Shown here: piece after piece, positions 1 to 12,022 of the stretch
Layout of the letters: every line of letters begins with the position of its first letter
Position numbering within the stretch: the first letter of the stretch is position 1
Made by a program: the position numbers and the translations under genes
Origin: Porphyridium purpureum
Lineage: Eukaryota
Direction of reading: 5' to 3'
Assembly: GCA_008690995.1 (NCBI GenBank)
Contig: VRMN01000004.1
Span: forward strand, 868,001 to 932,000
DNA length: 64,000 nt
The notes under the pieces: model-generated
What the model was told of the DNA's origin: nothing
Databases searched by the model: none
What the model saw: the letters and a program-made list of their open reading frames with translations, nothing else

Positions 1-3000
1 GGATTGCGGCCTCTGCCCATCGTGGCTTCTCTCTGTACGACTCTTGATCTCTATATCCAGAATGCGTTTGCTTCAGCACAGAACTTGCACAAAGTCCGCC
101 ACACTTTTGTTCTCGACTTGTTCTCTGCGCCCAGTTTGTACAGAACACATGGGGGTACAGGCAACTCGATTTGCACAATAAGCTTGCGCGCCAAATGTTT
201 TCAAGTCGATGAGTCACTGGCGGACACACGACTAGGACATATCAAATTGCGTTCATTTTTTATGCTCACAAGCTGCTTTAGTGCTTTGCCGAAGAATACA
301 TACAAATGAATTACATAACAATTGATTTTCACTGATCTCAATAGGAATGCAGATGAACGTGCCAAACGCGTGAGAAAGAGAATTATTTCCAATTACCTAT
401 TCAAATGCCGTATCTTCGATATAAAGTGTGAATCACGCCGCGCAGGAAGTTGGGGAAAGGGTGGACGCGCAGAAAGAAGAAAGCTGAAAGGTGACGAAGG
501 ATTTATGGGACGCCCGTGCGGACATATAAGGGTGAACAGCGACGCCCAACATGAGCGACTGGGTAGACTTTTCATGACGTGAAAAATATCAACAAAACAG
601 AGACTTCAAAGGCACGGGATCGACTGCGCGTCTAAACTGACAGAAGCGAGAAGCTGGTGCCATGTTCTGCTTCATCCGGGGACTAAACGAATCACCGGCA
701 TGCATCTGGATATCGATCACTCGCCTGGCGTTTCGCAAAGCATAACTTGTTTGAATCTGCGACACGTTTGCTCACCAGCATTACATGAGCGCTCGTATGA
801 TATGGACCCTGTACTTTTTGCCATTTCCGTGGATTCATTTCATGAATCATTCAGCATAATCTCACCAGCTTGGAGCTAAAAGTGTTTTACGAACGTATCC
901 CAAAGTGAAAGGTACACGACTCAATGTGATCCGGAAGCGACCCTGTGACTAAATTGTGCTAGCCTTGTTCGGTGGCTGAGGACAATACGCAAAGGGTTGC
1001 AAATAGAGTGGAGAAGCGTCTTTCTAGTATTCTTTCTTTGACCATCATGGATGCTACAGGCATTACTGAATCTGTACTGATTGCATTGTCTTGTTCAAGT
1101 ACAAAGCCTAGACGTTGTTACGTGAGAACTCACATCTGCTTCCAAACAGTACCGACAGTCCTGAATGCAAGAAAGAGGTATGGGCGGAATTAGTCTCCGT
1201 TGACGGGATGAATGTGTCAAAAGCCAGCACTTAGGATTCTGTTTTGTGTTGGTTGGGTCAAAAGAAATGATGTACAGGTACCAAAGTTCAGCCTGGATGC
1301 TGTCGATGTTGACGCTTCATGTTAGCGGAAATTGCAAGGGTTTTGTACACTTTGCACAATGGGCGACATCTTAACGCATTTCATGACGTGTGGTCGAATG
1401 ACTTTCCAGATGATGGCACCTGTTTTGTGGTCGGACTACCTTCTACTCAGATAGTTAGGACCGATAGAGAAGAAGGACATTAGCATGAAACAGGTACGTG
1501 TTTCCTGTTTTAGCATGCTTAGACTGTGGCGAATCTTGTGAAGGCACGATTACGCCGCGAAATGGGGCTTCACGAACTCGTACTGAACAAACAGGGAATC
1601 ACAGAAACTCGGCTTATGGGTTTGCATTTCTGAGCTCGAACATGAAGTGAACTTTACATTGCAAACAGTAACAAAAAGGCGTTTCGATACGATCCACGTG
1701 ATAATCAAGTGTCGGATTTTGTTCATGCCTAATGGTTCAAACGGGAAGAGGCTTTTGCATCCGAACAAGCACGGCCTTCGCAGGGATTTGCACAAGAGCC
1801 ACCCCATTGGGATCATCACTCGGGCTTTGTGAGTGAAGACCTGTGGCCTAATGTTTCAGGCTCTAAAAGAGCGCAGAACTCTATTAGATTGAGACTTCAA
1901 GCAATTCTGATCGGCGGAATTGTTGTGGTTTGGATCGTATTGCACATACAAGTATAAGGCACACGGAGAGAAATAGAGAGGCTCATGCGAGGGATATGCA
2001 GTGGTTCTATGAGGAGTGATTTTAGTCGTTTTATAGCAAGGTCCTGAGTATCGGCCCGTCGCACATCAAGAAAACAATACAGCGCAGGCCTATGACGCGT
2101 GATGATGCAAGCAGGGGACATCTAGCGAATGCCAGCGACAGTGATGGTGAAAGGACATGCCCAGATTAATCTGAAGGGCCGCCCTCATCGCGTGACCAAA
2201 TAATAAGTCAGGATATAACACGGTGAAACGAAGAAAGGCAAGGAAGAAACTGTGGCAATTTTAAAAGATTGCAAGAAAAGAACACACTGCACGCCTGTCT
2301 TGATACTAGTTAATGCCTGCTTGATTCATCATATGCGACGATGGTGTTACTGACAAGAACCAGCTTCAAGTTCATGCAGATTGAAAACTACAAACGTAGC
2401 CCACGGGTTTCTGTCTTGTACAAGCACTAAGCTTGTGGGCTCCTGGCCACTTTCAGAGGTGGACTAATGAAAACGGAAACTCGGGTATTGCTTTTGGAAG
2501 AAGTCCCTTCATGACGTACTCGGAGCGGATGATTCCAAAATCCATTCGGCGAGCTGTCTCGGATCAGAGATTGTTCAGAAAAAGCACTATCACGCTGTGG
2601 CAATGGAAGCAACCCTTATCAGTTAAAGACCGGATAGTGTCATTGAAGTGTAAGACCGACCATTCTGCAGCTTTACGGCCAGCCTCAGGAATCTTGTTCA
2701 AGACAAACGGATCCATTGACACTAATAGGCCCAAGAGTAACCAAATGTCCACTGATGAAGTGCGTTTCCCGTCTATACATGTGGAAATATCTTCGGGAAG
2801 CGCGGGTGCTGCCGGCGCTTTTTGGTGCATCGGAAAGATTGCACCCTTGTAGACAAATTGTGGCTTATAGCTCACTTATGAATCCCATAATAGAAGAGGA
2901 CAGGTCTGGCAGAATATTGCGGACAAACTTCGAAAGTACGTACAAGTGGACCGGAAGGGCGCACGGACTATAATGTGCGTCGTGCCACCAACCTGAGAAA

Positions 3001-4311
3001 TGCCACTTCTTACGGGGGCGCAAACGGATGGGTCGGAACCAGGAACCGTGAATCTGGGGATTATTTGGTCCCTCACTTAATGAATGCCAGAGAGAATCTA
3101 TACCTACACTTTGCAGCTAGGATCTGTGGGAAGGTGCAGTGCGCGCACAGGATGGGTCGGGTACGTTATCGGAAAAGCGATTCCTATGGCTGGCAGGAGA
3201 GTAGAGCCGCTACGCGCCGTGCTTGAAATGAGCTTGCTGAAGAGAAGCTGCAGGATCGTCCACACAACCTAGCATGGTCAAGGTGCGGTATCTGGGTCTC
3301 TGACACGGACCATCCTGGCGTAAGGCGTAAATCGCTTGGCGGTTTCTTTACGCAACACGAATACGAAGCCCTCAAGAACGCATTGGATGAGGCTCATCTA
3401 GCCGTCTAGTGTTCAATCGGTTCAGCATACACAACATGGTGTTTGGGCATACACCTGGGTGAGAGCAGCGATGTCTAGCAGGCACTACCTCCACGAACAT
3501 CGAAAGTTTGGAGTAACCGCTTGCAAGACGAAAGCGACCCAGTCTGAGAGTCGGTGAGAACGTTTAGCCGTAGAAAGGTGGACCAAAGCCTTCTCATGAC
3601 TTTACCCAGGTTTGAGCGAATACGAACATGTGCCCCTATGGCGTTTGGAAATTCCGTCAAATGGCTTACGTGCGCATCTAATCTTTTCTGAGGCGCCACG
3701 TGACTTGTGTGTGGATGCGACATTTGCACGGGCGCGTTCAAAGGAGGGGCTCAAGTGCGGCGGATGCGAGAAATATTATGAGGATTAACCATGCAAAGGA
3801 CCTTTCTAGGTGACCACAACGTCTAATCATAACCAGACAAGCGTCATGAGTAGACGAATCGAAGTGCGATTACATGCAGCATAGGTAACCGACAACCCAA
3901 CTAGCCCAAATGGTGCTGGTCATAATTCTATGCAGAGAATCTCGACGCGTTGTTTCATTTTAATGAACACATTAAAGAGGAGCCCCTGCGGTACTACAAA
4001 TTAAAATTGCTTCTTACTTTTCTAGTCATACTATTGTGCGCATCAGACTGCATGTCACACACGAAATTATGAGTTTCATTTAAAATGTACATTTCGTTAC
4101 ATACTAGATACATTATTCTAGTCACAATTACTGAAAACAGCAGAAGGCACACGCAACATGAATATTTATTGTGGTTTTAAACAATGCATTGATTTTTACA
4201 GTAAAAGTAGTTCAAACCTTCTAAACTTATTGAATTGTATACTATGCATGAAATGCTGGATTTGATTCGAGATACCCTAGATGCGGATTATATTATACAT
4301 TATGATCTACT

Positions 4312-4539
4312 TTAAATGGATAGCGCACCCTTCCGTTGACGGGACGTTCCCCACTTTATGGGTGGTTCGTGGGTGTTACGGAGATTCCTTTTCTGTCCAC
4401 TTTGCATACAGTAATCGTGCCACGCTGATAGTCCCGCAACTGACCTAGGCGCACCAGTATCAATCACGATTGGATACTCCCTGGTCGCGTCTCTCGGCGT
4501 TGTGTAGTACATCGCATACCAATCCTTGCACTGTGCGAG
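4312..4539 (-). pseudogene. Truncated retrotransposon aspartic protease, in frame with gag after a single TGA
   Basis: Minus strand reads CTG CAT TGA CTC GCA CAG TGC AAG GAT TGG TAT GCG ATG TAC..., then DTGAPRSVAG; ends at TAA 4314-4312. Confidence 0.75.
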
Positions 4540-5724
4540 TCAATGCAGAAGATCATCCTCACAGTCCGTCCCTTGATCTTCCGACGGTTGTGAAGTCTCC
4601 TCATGAGGTTCATCTTCCAGATATCCGGTTGGTTTTCCGTATAAAGCCCAGCACTTTCCTTTATCGTGCCCTGTTTTTCCACAATGGGTACAATGCAATT
4701 TCTTCCCAAAGCTTTTCTGCTTCTTCAACCCATGTGGCGACTGTGACACCTTTGCGGTGTGTTCGTCTTGGAATAGAACAGTTCGCTCTTTTCTTTTCTC
4801 CTGCGTTACGAGCACAAATCGGACCCGTGCCAGAGAGCCGGCGTCCGAGTTCTTTGTGACGGCTGCCGCGATGAGTTCGCCGTGGCTAGTATTAAGCATG
4901 GTTTGTATCACAAAGCTGGCGATACAGTCTGGAGTGTCATGGGGAGGACCTACGCGAGTCGCTACATCGGTGACGTCGCGAACCAAGCTATCAAATGCCG
5001 AGCCAACATCAATATGTCTCTTAAGATAAGAGTCGAAGTTCTTCGTGCGGAGCTCCAACATTCTCATCAAACGAACTTCTTCTGTGTCGAATTCTTTCCT
5101 CAGGTGTTCCAGAGCCGCATGCAATCTCTCTTTGCGGTTTGCAGCAATACACGTTTCAGCTGCCCCCTTCACAATGAGCGGCAACGCTCTCAGGGTTGTA
5201 TTTTCGTCGATGTTCATCATTTTCATACCATTGAATACTTTTCGACTCCACACAGTGAAAGGGACTCCTGTGTCAGACCCGTCGAATTGTGCTTCGACTG
5301 GAAACAACCGAACAAACTGTTGAAGCTTATTATGGTCACTCGGTTGTGCTGCAACTGCTACGGTGCCTTGGTATGGATCTGCTTCTGGCTCTGACTTGCA
5401 TTCAGCCTGTGGGGAATAGCGTTCGAACGAATCTTCAATTCTAGTCCCCGCTTCGAAATTTGGAAGACCGCGAAGCCTGCAGTATTGCTGCCACTGAATG
5501 GGGCACACAATGCTCAAGTTTCTCAGCTGCTGCAGAGTAATCGACCTTTCAACCATCAACATCTCGATCTCCGAGTTGGTCGACTCGTTACACATGTCCA
5601 GCAGGTTTTGCATGTCTTCGTTCTTTGACTTCATGCTTTCCCAAGCATTTGCGACCGATCCGATGGCATCGGCGCCAGCACGCTGCTGTGTCTCACGCTG
5701 TGATCTGGTTCCAGACGCCATCAC
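4540..5724 (-). CDS. gag: Retrotransposon Gag (394 aa) with zinc knuckle
   Basis: C-x2-C-x4-H-x4-C motif CTHCGKTGHDKGKC near C-terminus; capsid-like FDGSD..F..W segment. Confidence 0.8.
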   Translation of the reverse strand: MMASGTRSQRETQQRAGADAIGSVANAWESMKSKNEDMQNLLDMCNESTNSEIEMLMVERSITLQQLRNLSIVCPIQWQQYCRLRGLPNFEAGTRIEDSFERYSPQAECKSEPEADPYQGTVAVAAQPSDHNKLQQFVRLFPVEAQFDGSDTGVPFTVWSRKVFNGMKMMNIDENTTLRALPLIVKGAAETCIAANRKERLHAALEHLRKEFDTEEVRLMRMLELRTKNFDSYLKRHIDVGSAFDSLVRDVTDVATRVGPPHDTPDCIASFVIQTMLNTSHGELIAAAVTKNSDAGSLARVRFVLVTQEKRKERTVLFQDEHTAKVSQSPHGLKKQKSFGKKLHCTHCGKTGHDKGKCWALYGKPTGYLEDEPHEETSQPSEDQGTDCEDDLLH

Positions 5725-5929
5725 GAATAAGTTGACAATTTCGAAATGTCAAAGGTAACCGGTTTTTGTTTTCCAACAGAGAGTAAATGATCCGCCGCTC
5801 ACCCCTGGTCTGCCAGTCTCCCGACAAGCGTGCCAGTGAGGTGGGAAGCGTGAGGTGATATCTGTTCTCTCCCGAACAACAGAAGTCACAGAATGTATAT
5901 TCTTTTACACACAAAACATTTACTCTACC

Positions 5930-6190
5930 TGTCCCGACTCGCGAAGGTCTAGTCCCTCCGCCTTTAGGTACTCGCCTTTATACGTGACGCGAGGAGGTGT
6001 GGACGACACTGTAGGTGGGGGACACGGTGCAAAGAAGTTGGACACGCGACAAGTGCACGGGTACGCGTGTCCAAGCTATTTTCCAAAAATAGCTGTTCCT
6101 TCCGGATTGTGCTGTGCTGTCCGCTCCAAATGCAGGATTGACAAAGTATTGCGCTGGAACTGCTTCGCGCCACTATCACACGTTTCGACA
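5930..6190 (-). repeat. Candidate 5' LTR (261 bp) of the truncated Copia
   Basis: TGTC...GACA termini located about 200 bp upstream of gag; no second copy in window to confirm. Confidence 0.4.
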
Positions 6191-6522
6191 CTTACCGTCT
6201 CCGCCGAAACTCCCATCTTGTACTGTACCCCTTTCCATCCAACTGTACTCTATCTTTTCTTCCACGTGGAGTAAATGGTCGAGCGAGCGTCAGACGTTAC
6301 AGATCACGTTCAAAGGCGGTGCCCAGTATTGAGCGGTTTTACCATGCTCAAATCGCGCACTTTGGATGTGGAAGCGATCAAAAGAGCGGTTGAATTGCGC
6401 GCACAACGCCTCTGGAGAGAAGACACGGTGACTGGATGGTTCCGCGACGCTACAAATCGAGAAAGGCTGCAGCACCACGTTGTCTATCGGCTTGTACACG
6501 CGCGTAGAGTGGCCACAAGAAC

Positions 6523-7830
6523 ATGGCAGTGTCGTTATCTCCCGCGTTTGTGGCGCCAGGCATCAGTCGCGTCGCGCGGAAACGGGATGGCTTTGGCGGC
6601 AAGTCCAACATCCGCGTCGGGCTGAATCATGTGCGCGGGACGCGCCCAGCGCACGGGCGTCGTGCATCAAAAGTGCTTGTGCCCAGAATGGCTCTGGGTG
6701 TCGCTTGGTCGCAAGTGACGCCGAGCCAGCTGAGCACAGTCATTCGAACCGTCGCACACCGCGCGTTTGTGCAGGGCCCGCAGAAGTTTCCGTCCAGTTT
6801 GGCAGACTTCTGGGTGGTTGTTTTCATATACGTGCTCGACAAGGTGCAATTCCAGACGGCGCATGAGCTGTACGCTAGATTCATGCGTCGCTTCTTCCCC
6901 CATGTGTTCGTACCAAGGTGGAAGGATTCGATCTTCTACATGCTTGAAGGGGTGTTCGAGGCGCTGTCGCTTGTGCTGCTGTCGGCGTTTGTGGTCAAGT
7001 TTGCGGCCTCTCTGATGCTCTACGGAGGGATCCACATCCCGGAGCCGGCTATTGTTGGGGCTCGGTGGTGCAGCATTGGGACCGTCGTGATTGCGGCTCG
7101 CCTGCTCATTCGTGTCAAGCAGATCTTCCTGAGCCGCAGGCGAAAGGGCTCCGGATTCTTTGCGCTACCTGGCCGCGCGCTTTTCGTTGGGCAGCTTGGT
7201 GACTACATCATCCGCTTGCTTGCCGTTCTCACGATTGCGGACATTGGCGGCGTGCCGCTGCGCTCCGTGCTAACAGTTGGTGGGTTTGGATCCGTCGTGC
7301 TCGGTCTGGCCGTGCGCCAGCTCGCCGAGAATGCTCTGGCTGGTGTGGCGCTGATGTCTGAGCAAATGTTCCGCATCGGGGATGTGGTGCAGAGCAAAGA
7401 TGGCTCGATTTTCGGATTTGTTCGCGAAGTCGGATGGACGCAGACGCGCATTGAGCGGCTGGACTCGAGCGTCCAATTCGTGCCCAACTCGGAGCTCGCG
7501 AAGCAAACAGTGACCAACCTGAGCCGCATGACTATGCGAAAAGTGGAGGCCAAACTGGGCGTGCGACTGAACGATGCCAGCAAGGTTGAAGGGATCGTTT
7601 CCCAGATCCGCAAGCTGATTGCAGCCACGCCCGGCGTGATGACATCCAAGTCCGTGCGGGTGTTTATGGACGGCGTGGAGAATGAGGCCATTGTCATCAG
7701 CATAGCCTTCTACACGATCGACGCTGACATTGATAGTGCGAGTCAGCTCAAACAGGACGTGCTGCTCAAGAGCTTTCAAATTATCAAAGACAGAGGGGCC
7801 TCAGTATGCCAGCTCGGACCACATTTTTAG
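6523..7830 (+). CDS. Small-conductance mechanosensitive channel (MscS family), probably organelle-targeted
   Basis: TM helices followed by GGFGSVVLGLA..ENALAG, FRIGDVV, G.V.EVGW..T, FVPNSEL..V.NLSR motifs; basic Ser/Ala-rich N-terminal extension. Confidence 0.9.
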   Translation: MAVSLSPAFVAPGISRVARKRDGFGGKSNIRVGLNHVRGTRPAHGRRASKVLVPRMALGVAWSQVTPSQLSTVIRTVAHRAFVQGPQKFPSSLADFWVVVFIYVLDKVQFQTAHELYARFMRRFFPHVFVPRWKDSIFYMLEGVFEALSLVLLSAFVVKFAASLMLYGGIHIPEPAIVGARWCSIGTVVIAARLLIRVKQIFLSRRRKGSGFFALPGRALFVGQLGDYIIRLLAVLTIADIGGVPLRSVLTVGGFGSVVLGLAVRQLAENALAGVALMSEQMFRIGDVVQSKDGSIFGFVREVGWTQTRIERLDSSVQFVPNSELAKQTVTNLSRMTMRKVEAKLGVRLNDASKVEGIVSQIRKLIAATPGVMTSKSVRVFMDGVENEAIVISIAFYTIDADIDSASQLKQDVLLKSFQIIKDRGASVCQLGPHF

Positions 7831-9282
7831 TAGAGAATACGCCAATGAGCACGTAAACGACTCGCAATGTTACAATGGATAGCCGATGTAGCCCATGTCA
7901 CTGGGAGCAGAACCCGCCTGGGATGAAGCGAGCACGCAGCTTCGAACACTGCTGCATCCCATCATCCAAGGCGGGTTATGAGCCCAGGGCATGGGCTACC
8001 CCGGCTGATCCATCCGCAACTGCGCTAGACACACCACTCTGCTCGGGATCTTACGCCGTGTGAAGCCTCAGCACCACTCTGTCGCACTCTCCCCCTACAT
8101 CCATATCACACACCACGTCCCCACATGGTCGCGCGCGCATGCCGCTCCATGGCTTTACACATTCCGAGCTGACGAAGCCGCATCCAACTCATCATACGCG
8201 GGCACGACGACACACCGCGCGCCGAGATCGAGATCACGGACCGAGGTCACATATTTACACCGGCGGCCCTCACGGCTCTCCCCACGTATCCCGCTTGCGC
8301 GCGTCCGCGCTTACGCGGATCTGTACTCTCCCATCTGTCCCCTACTCTCTCTTTTTCTCCCCCGCCCGCCCGCCGCCGCTCACATCCAAATCACGCAACC
8401 CTCTCCCGCACCCACACTTGCTTTGCTCCTAAAAAGAAACCCCCCCCACCGACCGCTCAACTATCCTGACAAGCAACAAACACAACAAACACAAAATCAC
8501 AAATCGCTCCTTCGTTCAAACGTGCCACTGTACCTCCTCATGACCACTCGACTCAAACACACGCGTTTTACCATCCCAACCGCGGGAATGGCTGAGCATA
8601 TCGAACGCGTTTATTCAAAAAAAACACTCAGCGCCGACCGTTTTCTTGTCCATTTGCGCGGCGTGCGCTCGGCCGCCAACGATTCTGAATCACACACACT
8701 CACGCGTGCAGTGTTGAGTGAGTGAGTGCTGTTACGGTTGTTTTTGGCATGGCATCGCATCGCATCTTTTTGGGTTGTTGTTGGGTTTGGGTTCTGGGTG
8801 TGTTTTTTTGCCTCTCCACCTTTTCGAAAAAGCGTACGCGGATTGAAAGGAAGGGGTGTTTTTGGGACATGCTGAATTCAGTCGATTTTGCTAGTATCTC
8901 GGCGGCGTGCGCTGTCGGCGCGGCTCGGCGCTCTCGCTTCCAGCCGGCGCAAGCGTGTCACGCTTGCACGCACGCCAGCGCAGATTTTTATGCGTCCTGT
9001 GCCCTCTGCAGAACAGGGTTGGCGTGATTCTATCTTGCGCGAGCGCGCGCGCGTGTCCAAATCTGCTAGTCTCCACGACGTCACTTGGTGTGGTGAGTGC
9101 GAGTGTGAGAGTGTGTGTATATATATAGAGGCGCAGACAAGAATTGTGCCAGATAAGATTTGGGACGACGACGACGGCGGCCGATGAGAACACAGAGAGA
9201 GAGCGAGAGGGAGAGCGAGAGGGAGAAGGAGATAGACAGACACACGGAGAATAGAAGGAGAAAGCAAGGAGGAAAGGACAGC

Positions 9283-9675
9283 ATGGACGGGTTTGTAGCA
9301 GAGGACACAAACTTCATGCGGCAGTGCTGCAATTGCTCGAGAACGGTGCAAGGCGAAGGCGTCGAGTCGAGCGCAGGGTTGTACTGCGGGAAAGACTGCT
9401 TCTGGAGCGCGAGTCTGGACGTGAGCAATTCCCGCTTCATCAAAAAGAAGAAGAGCGCGGCGCCCGTGCCACATCGCAGACCGGCGCACCGGAGTAATGA
9501 GCATTACGGCGATGAGAACAAGATGTCAGGCTCACTTTACAGCGTGCCGCGAAAGTCGTCGCTTCAGAGCGACGAGATTACCCACGCGATGTTTGAGTTT
9601 GACGTCCAGTTCCTCTATGGCCACGCGAGCTCCCTGATCGCAAACAACGCGGCGTCGCGCGCTACAAGATATTAG
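9283..9675 (+). CDS. Small (130 aa) protein with a treble-clef-like Cys motif (FCS/MYM/TRASH-like)
   Basis: C-x2-C-x16-C-x3-C (CCNC...LYCGKDCF), KKKK basic patch; preceded by GA-rich leader like other genes here. Confidence 0.55.
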   Translation: MDGFVAEDTNFMRQCCNCSRTVQGEGVESSAGLYCGKDCFWSASLDVSNSRFIKKKKSAAPVPHRRPAHRSNEHYGDENKMSGSLYSVPRKSSLQSDEITHAMFEFDVQFLYGHASSLIANNAASRATRY

Positions 9676-9763
9676 AGGACTCATAGAGTGCTCGTCGGCT
9701 GTATGAAACCTGAGTAGAGATAAGATAGAAACCATGTGCATAAATAAACAACGGCTTGGAGTG

Positions 9764-10537
9764 TTACTTTGTCTTCTTCGCCGCCTTGAGCTTGACATAC
9801 TCGTTGCGGTACCGCACACCTTTCCCCTTGTACGGCTCCGGTTTACGCATCGCGCGAAGCGCTGCCGCGGCGCCGTGCACTTTTTCGAGGTTGCAGCCGT
9901 ACACTTGCACCACCTGCGGCTCGACGACACGGTACTTGACGCCATCCGCGCGTTCGATCGGCACGTACAACGTGTTGGAAAAGCCAAGCCTGAGCCCAAT
10001 GCGGTTCTTGTCGCGTTCTTCTTCTGCGCGGTACCCCACGCCGTGCAGTTCGAGCGTGACAACAAAACCCGAATGCACACCGGCCACCAGATTGCGCGAA
10101 ACCTTCATGCCTGGCCCGGTGCTCCACATGCCAATGGTGGCGAGCGTGCTCTGCGGTACTTCCGCAGCACCCGCGTTGCCAGCTTTTGCGGCACTCCCTG
10201 CCTGCACGACACCAAGCGAGTTTTGGGGGTCGAGATCGTGGGAGATCTGGACGCGCACGTGTCCGACCCGCGACACAGCCTCGCCCTGCGGGCCTATTGC
10301 AAAGGCGTGGAGCTTATGCACGGCGTCTGCCGGGTAATAGAATATACCAGTAGGTTCTGTTTCCATACCTGGCGCGCGTAGCGCTGTGCGCCATTCTCTA
10401 GGCGGTGGGATCGCACGCCCGGCAGCAGGGTGTCTCCACAACAATCGCCCAAAGTACTTTTTCACATGGTTCAGCGTCACCGTCTTGTGCCGGAACACAT
10501 GCAGCGGGTGCCACATATCCTTCACCGCTCGCGGCAT
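9764..10537 (-). CDS. rpl6: Mitochondrial-type ribosomal protein uL6
   Basis: GV.SGF...LELHGVGYRA, LRLGFS, RKPEPYKGKGVRY signature; N-terminal half divergent. Confidence 0.9.
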   Translation of the reverse strand: MPRAVKDMWHPLHVFRHKTVTLNHVKKYFGRLLWRHPAAGRAIPPPREWRTALRAPGMETEPTGIFYYPADAVHKLHAFAIGPQGEAVSRVGHVRVQISHDLDPQNSLGVVQAGSAAKAGNAGAAEVPQSTLATIGMWSTGPGMKVSRNLVAGVHSGFVVTLELHGVGYRAEEERDKNRIGLRLGFSNTLYVPIERADGVKYRVVEPQVVQVYGCNLEKVHGAAAALRAMRKPEPYKGKGVRYRNEYVKLKAAKKTK

Positions 10538-10737
10538 CTTATCGCACGAAGGTCAATGAATGACAATCCTCCTGTCCGGCCCTACGCTTCCCCGGCCGAG
10601 CCGCGCTTTGTCACGAACCTCTATCGCTTCCCCTCCTGGACTTCACGGCGCTGCATCGTGGGACAAACTAACCCCAGTAAAGCGATGGACGAGAGTGGTT
10701 CATTTAATGGAGGCCCGCCGGATCTTGTGGCGCTGCG

Positions 10738-11748
10738 ATGGAAGTACCCCGGCCGCGCGCGGTGCTGCGCGGCCACACATCGGGCATAGGTGCAGCGGCG
10801 TTCATCGTGCGGCCATCGCAAGCTGAGCCACGAGACTCGGATTACCTCGTTCTCTCCGGCGATGTCACCGGGCGGGTCATGGGCTGGAATCCGGACACGC
10901 GCGAATGCGTGTACGACGCTCCTGCAGCCTTGAAGAGCGCAGCTTGTGATATTGTTCCACTCCAAGTTCAGGACGTGCGCGCCCTGCTGCGCGACAAAAC
11001 CGGCAGGCTGATCGTATGGCGCGAGACGGGCATGCTTGAATTGAGATGCGCCGTCGCGCCCGGGTTTGGCAAGGCGGGGTGGAATGGACACGACTTGGTG
11101 GCGCTAGTGGCAGGGGATAGTGCGAATCAGGTGCAGCTGCTTGATGTGCACAATGACTCGATAGTGAGCACGTTCAGCCACCCGGCCGGGAACCATTCCT
11201 CCGAGCTCGGTATGATAACTGCTGTAAGCTTTTGCGATCACAACAAAGACCTCCTGTGCGTGGCACACGAAAGCGGTGCACTATGCCTTTGGAGCGTTCG
11301 CGCACCTGCCACCTTCCAGCAGCTGGCGCAAGTGCAAGCGGGCAGCGACCCATTGCTCAGCTGCGTAACTTACCGAGACCGCTGCGCGACCGGCGGTGCG
11401 TCTGCGAATATTGGCGTGTACAACACAAGCAAGTTCACGCAAAGCGCGCGGATCGCGCTGCGCAGCAGCGGCGTCTCGCAACTTGCGTGGCGCCCAGACG
11501 GCAAGCTCCTGGCGGCTGGATGCTGGGATGGTCATGTGCGCATTTTCGACGGGCGCGTGCGCACCGAAGCATCGACGAGCGACGAGCAGGGCAGCCTCGC
11601 AGACCCATCGCTGCGCCGACTCGCCGTGCTCAAGTATCACACGCAGTCCACCACGTGCGTCGCCTTCTCTCCTGACTCGCGCAGCTTGCTCTCCGCCTCG
11701 CAAGACGCCAAAGTGGCGTTGTGGGCACTGTACCCACCTGCGTCATGA
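10738..11748 (+). CDS. WD40 protein of the GNB1L/ASA1 type
   Basis: P.P.AVLRGH start, GVSQLAWRPDGKLLAAGCWDG.VRIF, LAVLKYH, SASQDAKVALWALY C-terminus. Confidence 0.8.
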   Translation: MEVPRPRAVLRGHTSGIGAAAFIVRPSQAEPRDSDYLVLSGDVTGRVMGWNPDTRECVYDAPAALKSAACDIVPLQVQDVRALLRDKTGRLIVWRETGMLELRCAVAPGFGKAGWNGHDLVALVAGDSANQVQLLDVHNDSIVSTFSHPAGNHSSELGMITAVSFCDHNKDLLCVAHESGALCLWSVRAPATFQQLAQVQAGSDPLLSCVTYRDRCATGGASANIGVYNTSKFTQSARIALRSSGVSQLAWRPDGKLLAAGCWDGHVRIFDGRVRTEASTSDEQGSLADPSLRRLAVLKYHTQSTTCVAFSPDSRSLLSASQDAKVALWALYPPAS

Positions 11749-12022
11749 GGGTGTACAGACAGATACGTGTACAATCTCTCACAAAAAATCATAAAACGGA
11801 GCCATTTGAGTATGCTTTTCAGCCGACCTGCGAGAGATGGCAGCGCTAGGGAAAATGTCAAGAAAGGGACAGAGCGTCTGGAAGACGAAGAGACGGTGAC
11901 GCAGAAAGCGAACGAGAGTCTTGCGTCCTGTGGTGGCGACATACGACGCGATTGTGGAGCACGGCACGCAGTGCGCGCCAGCAGTTGGAGGATCTCCGAT
12001 TGCCTTTGTTCGGCGGGTGCCG

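Larger units (their letters stand above)
4312..6190 (-). mobile_element. 5' fragment of a Ty1/Copia LTR retrotransposon (GalEa-like): candidate LTR, gag, start of protease; truncated at about 4312
   Basis: Gag with CCHC knuckle followed in frame by aspartic protease motif IVIDTGAPRSVAG; no integrase/RT visible beyond, sequence switches to an AT-rich block below 4310. Confidence 0.75.

Noticed and set aside
5915..5929. Self-priming or tRNA PBS for the left truncated Copia (GGTAGAGTAAATG)
   Set aside because: No convincing complement inside the candidate LTR and no TGG start; only a 10-bp inverted match in the leader near 5780
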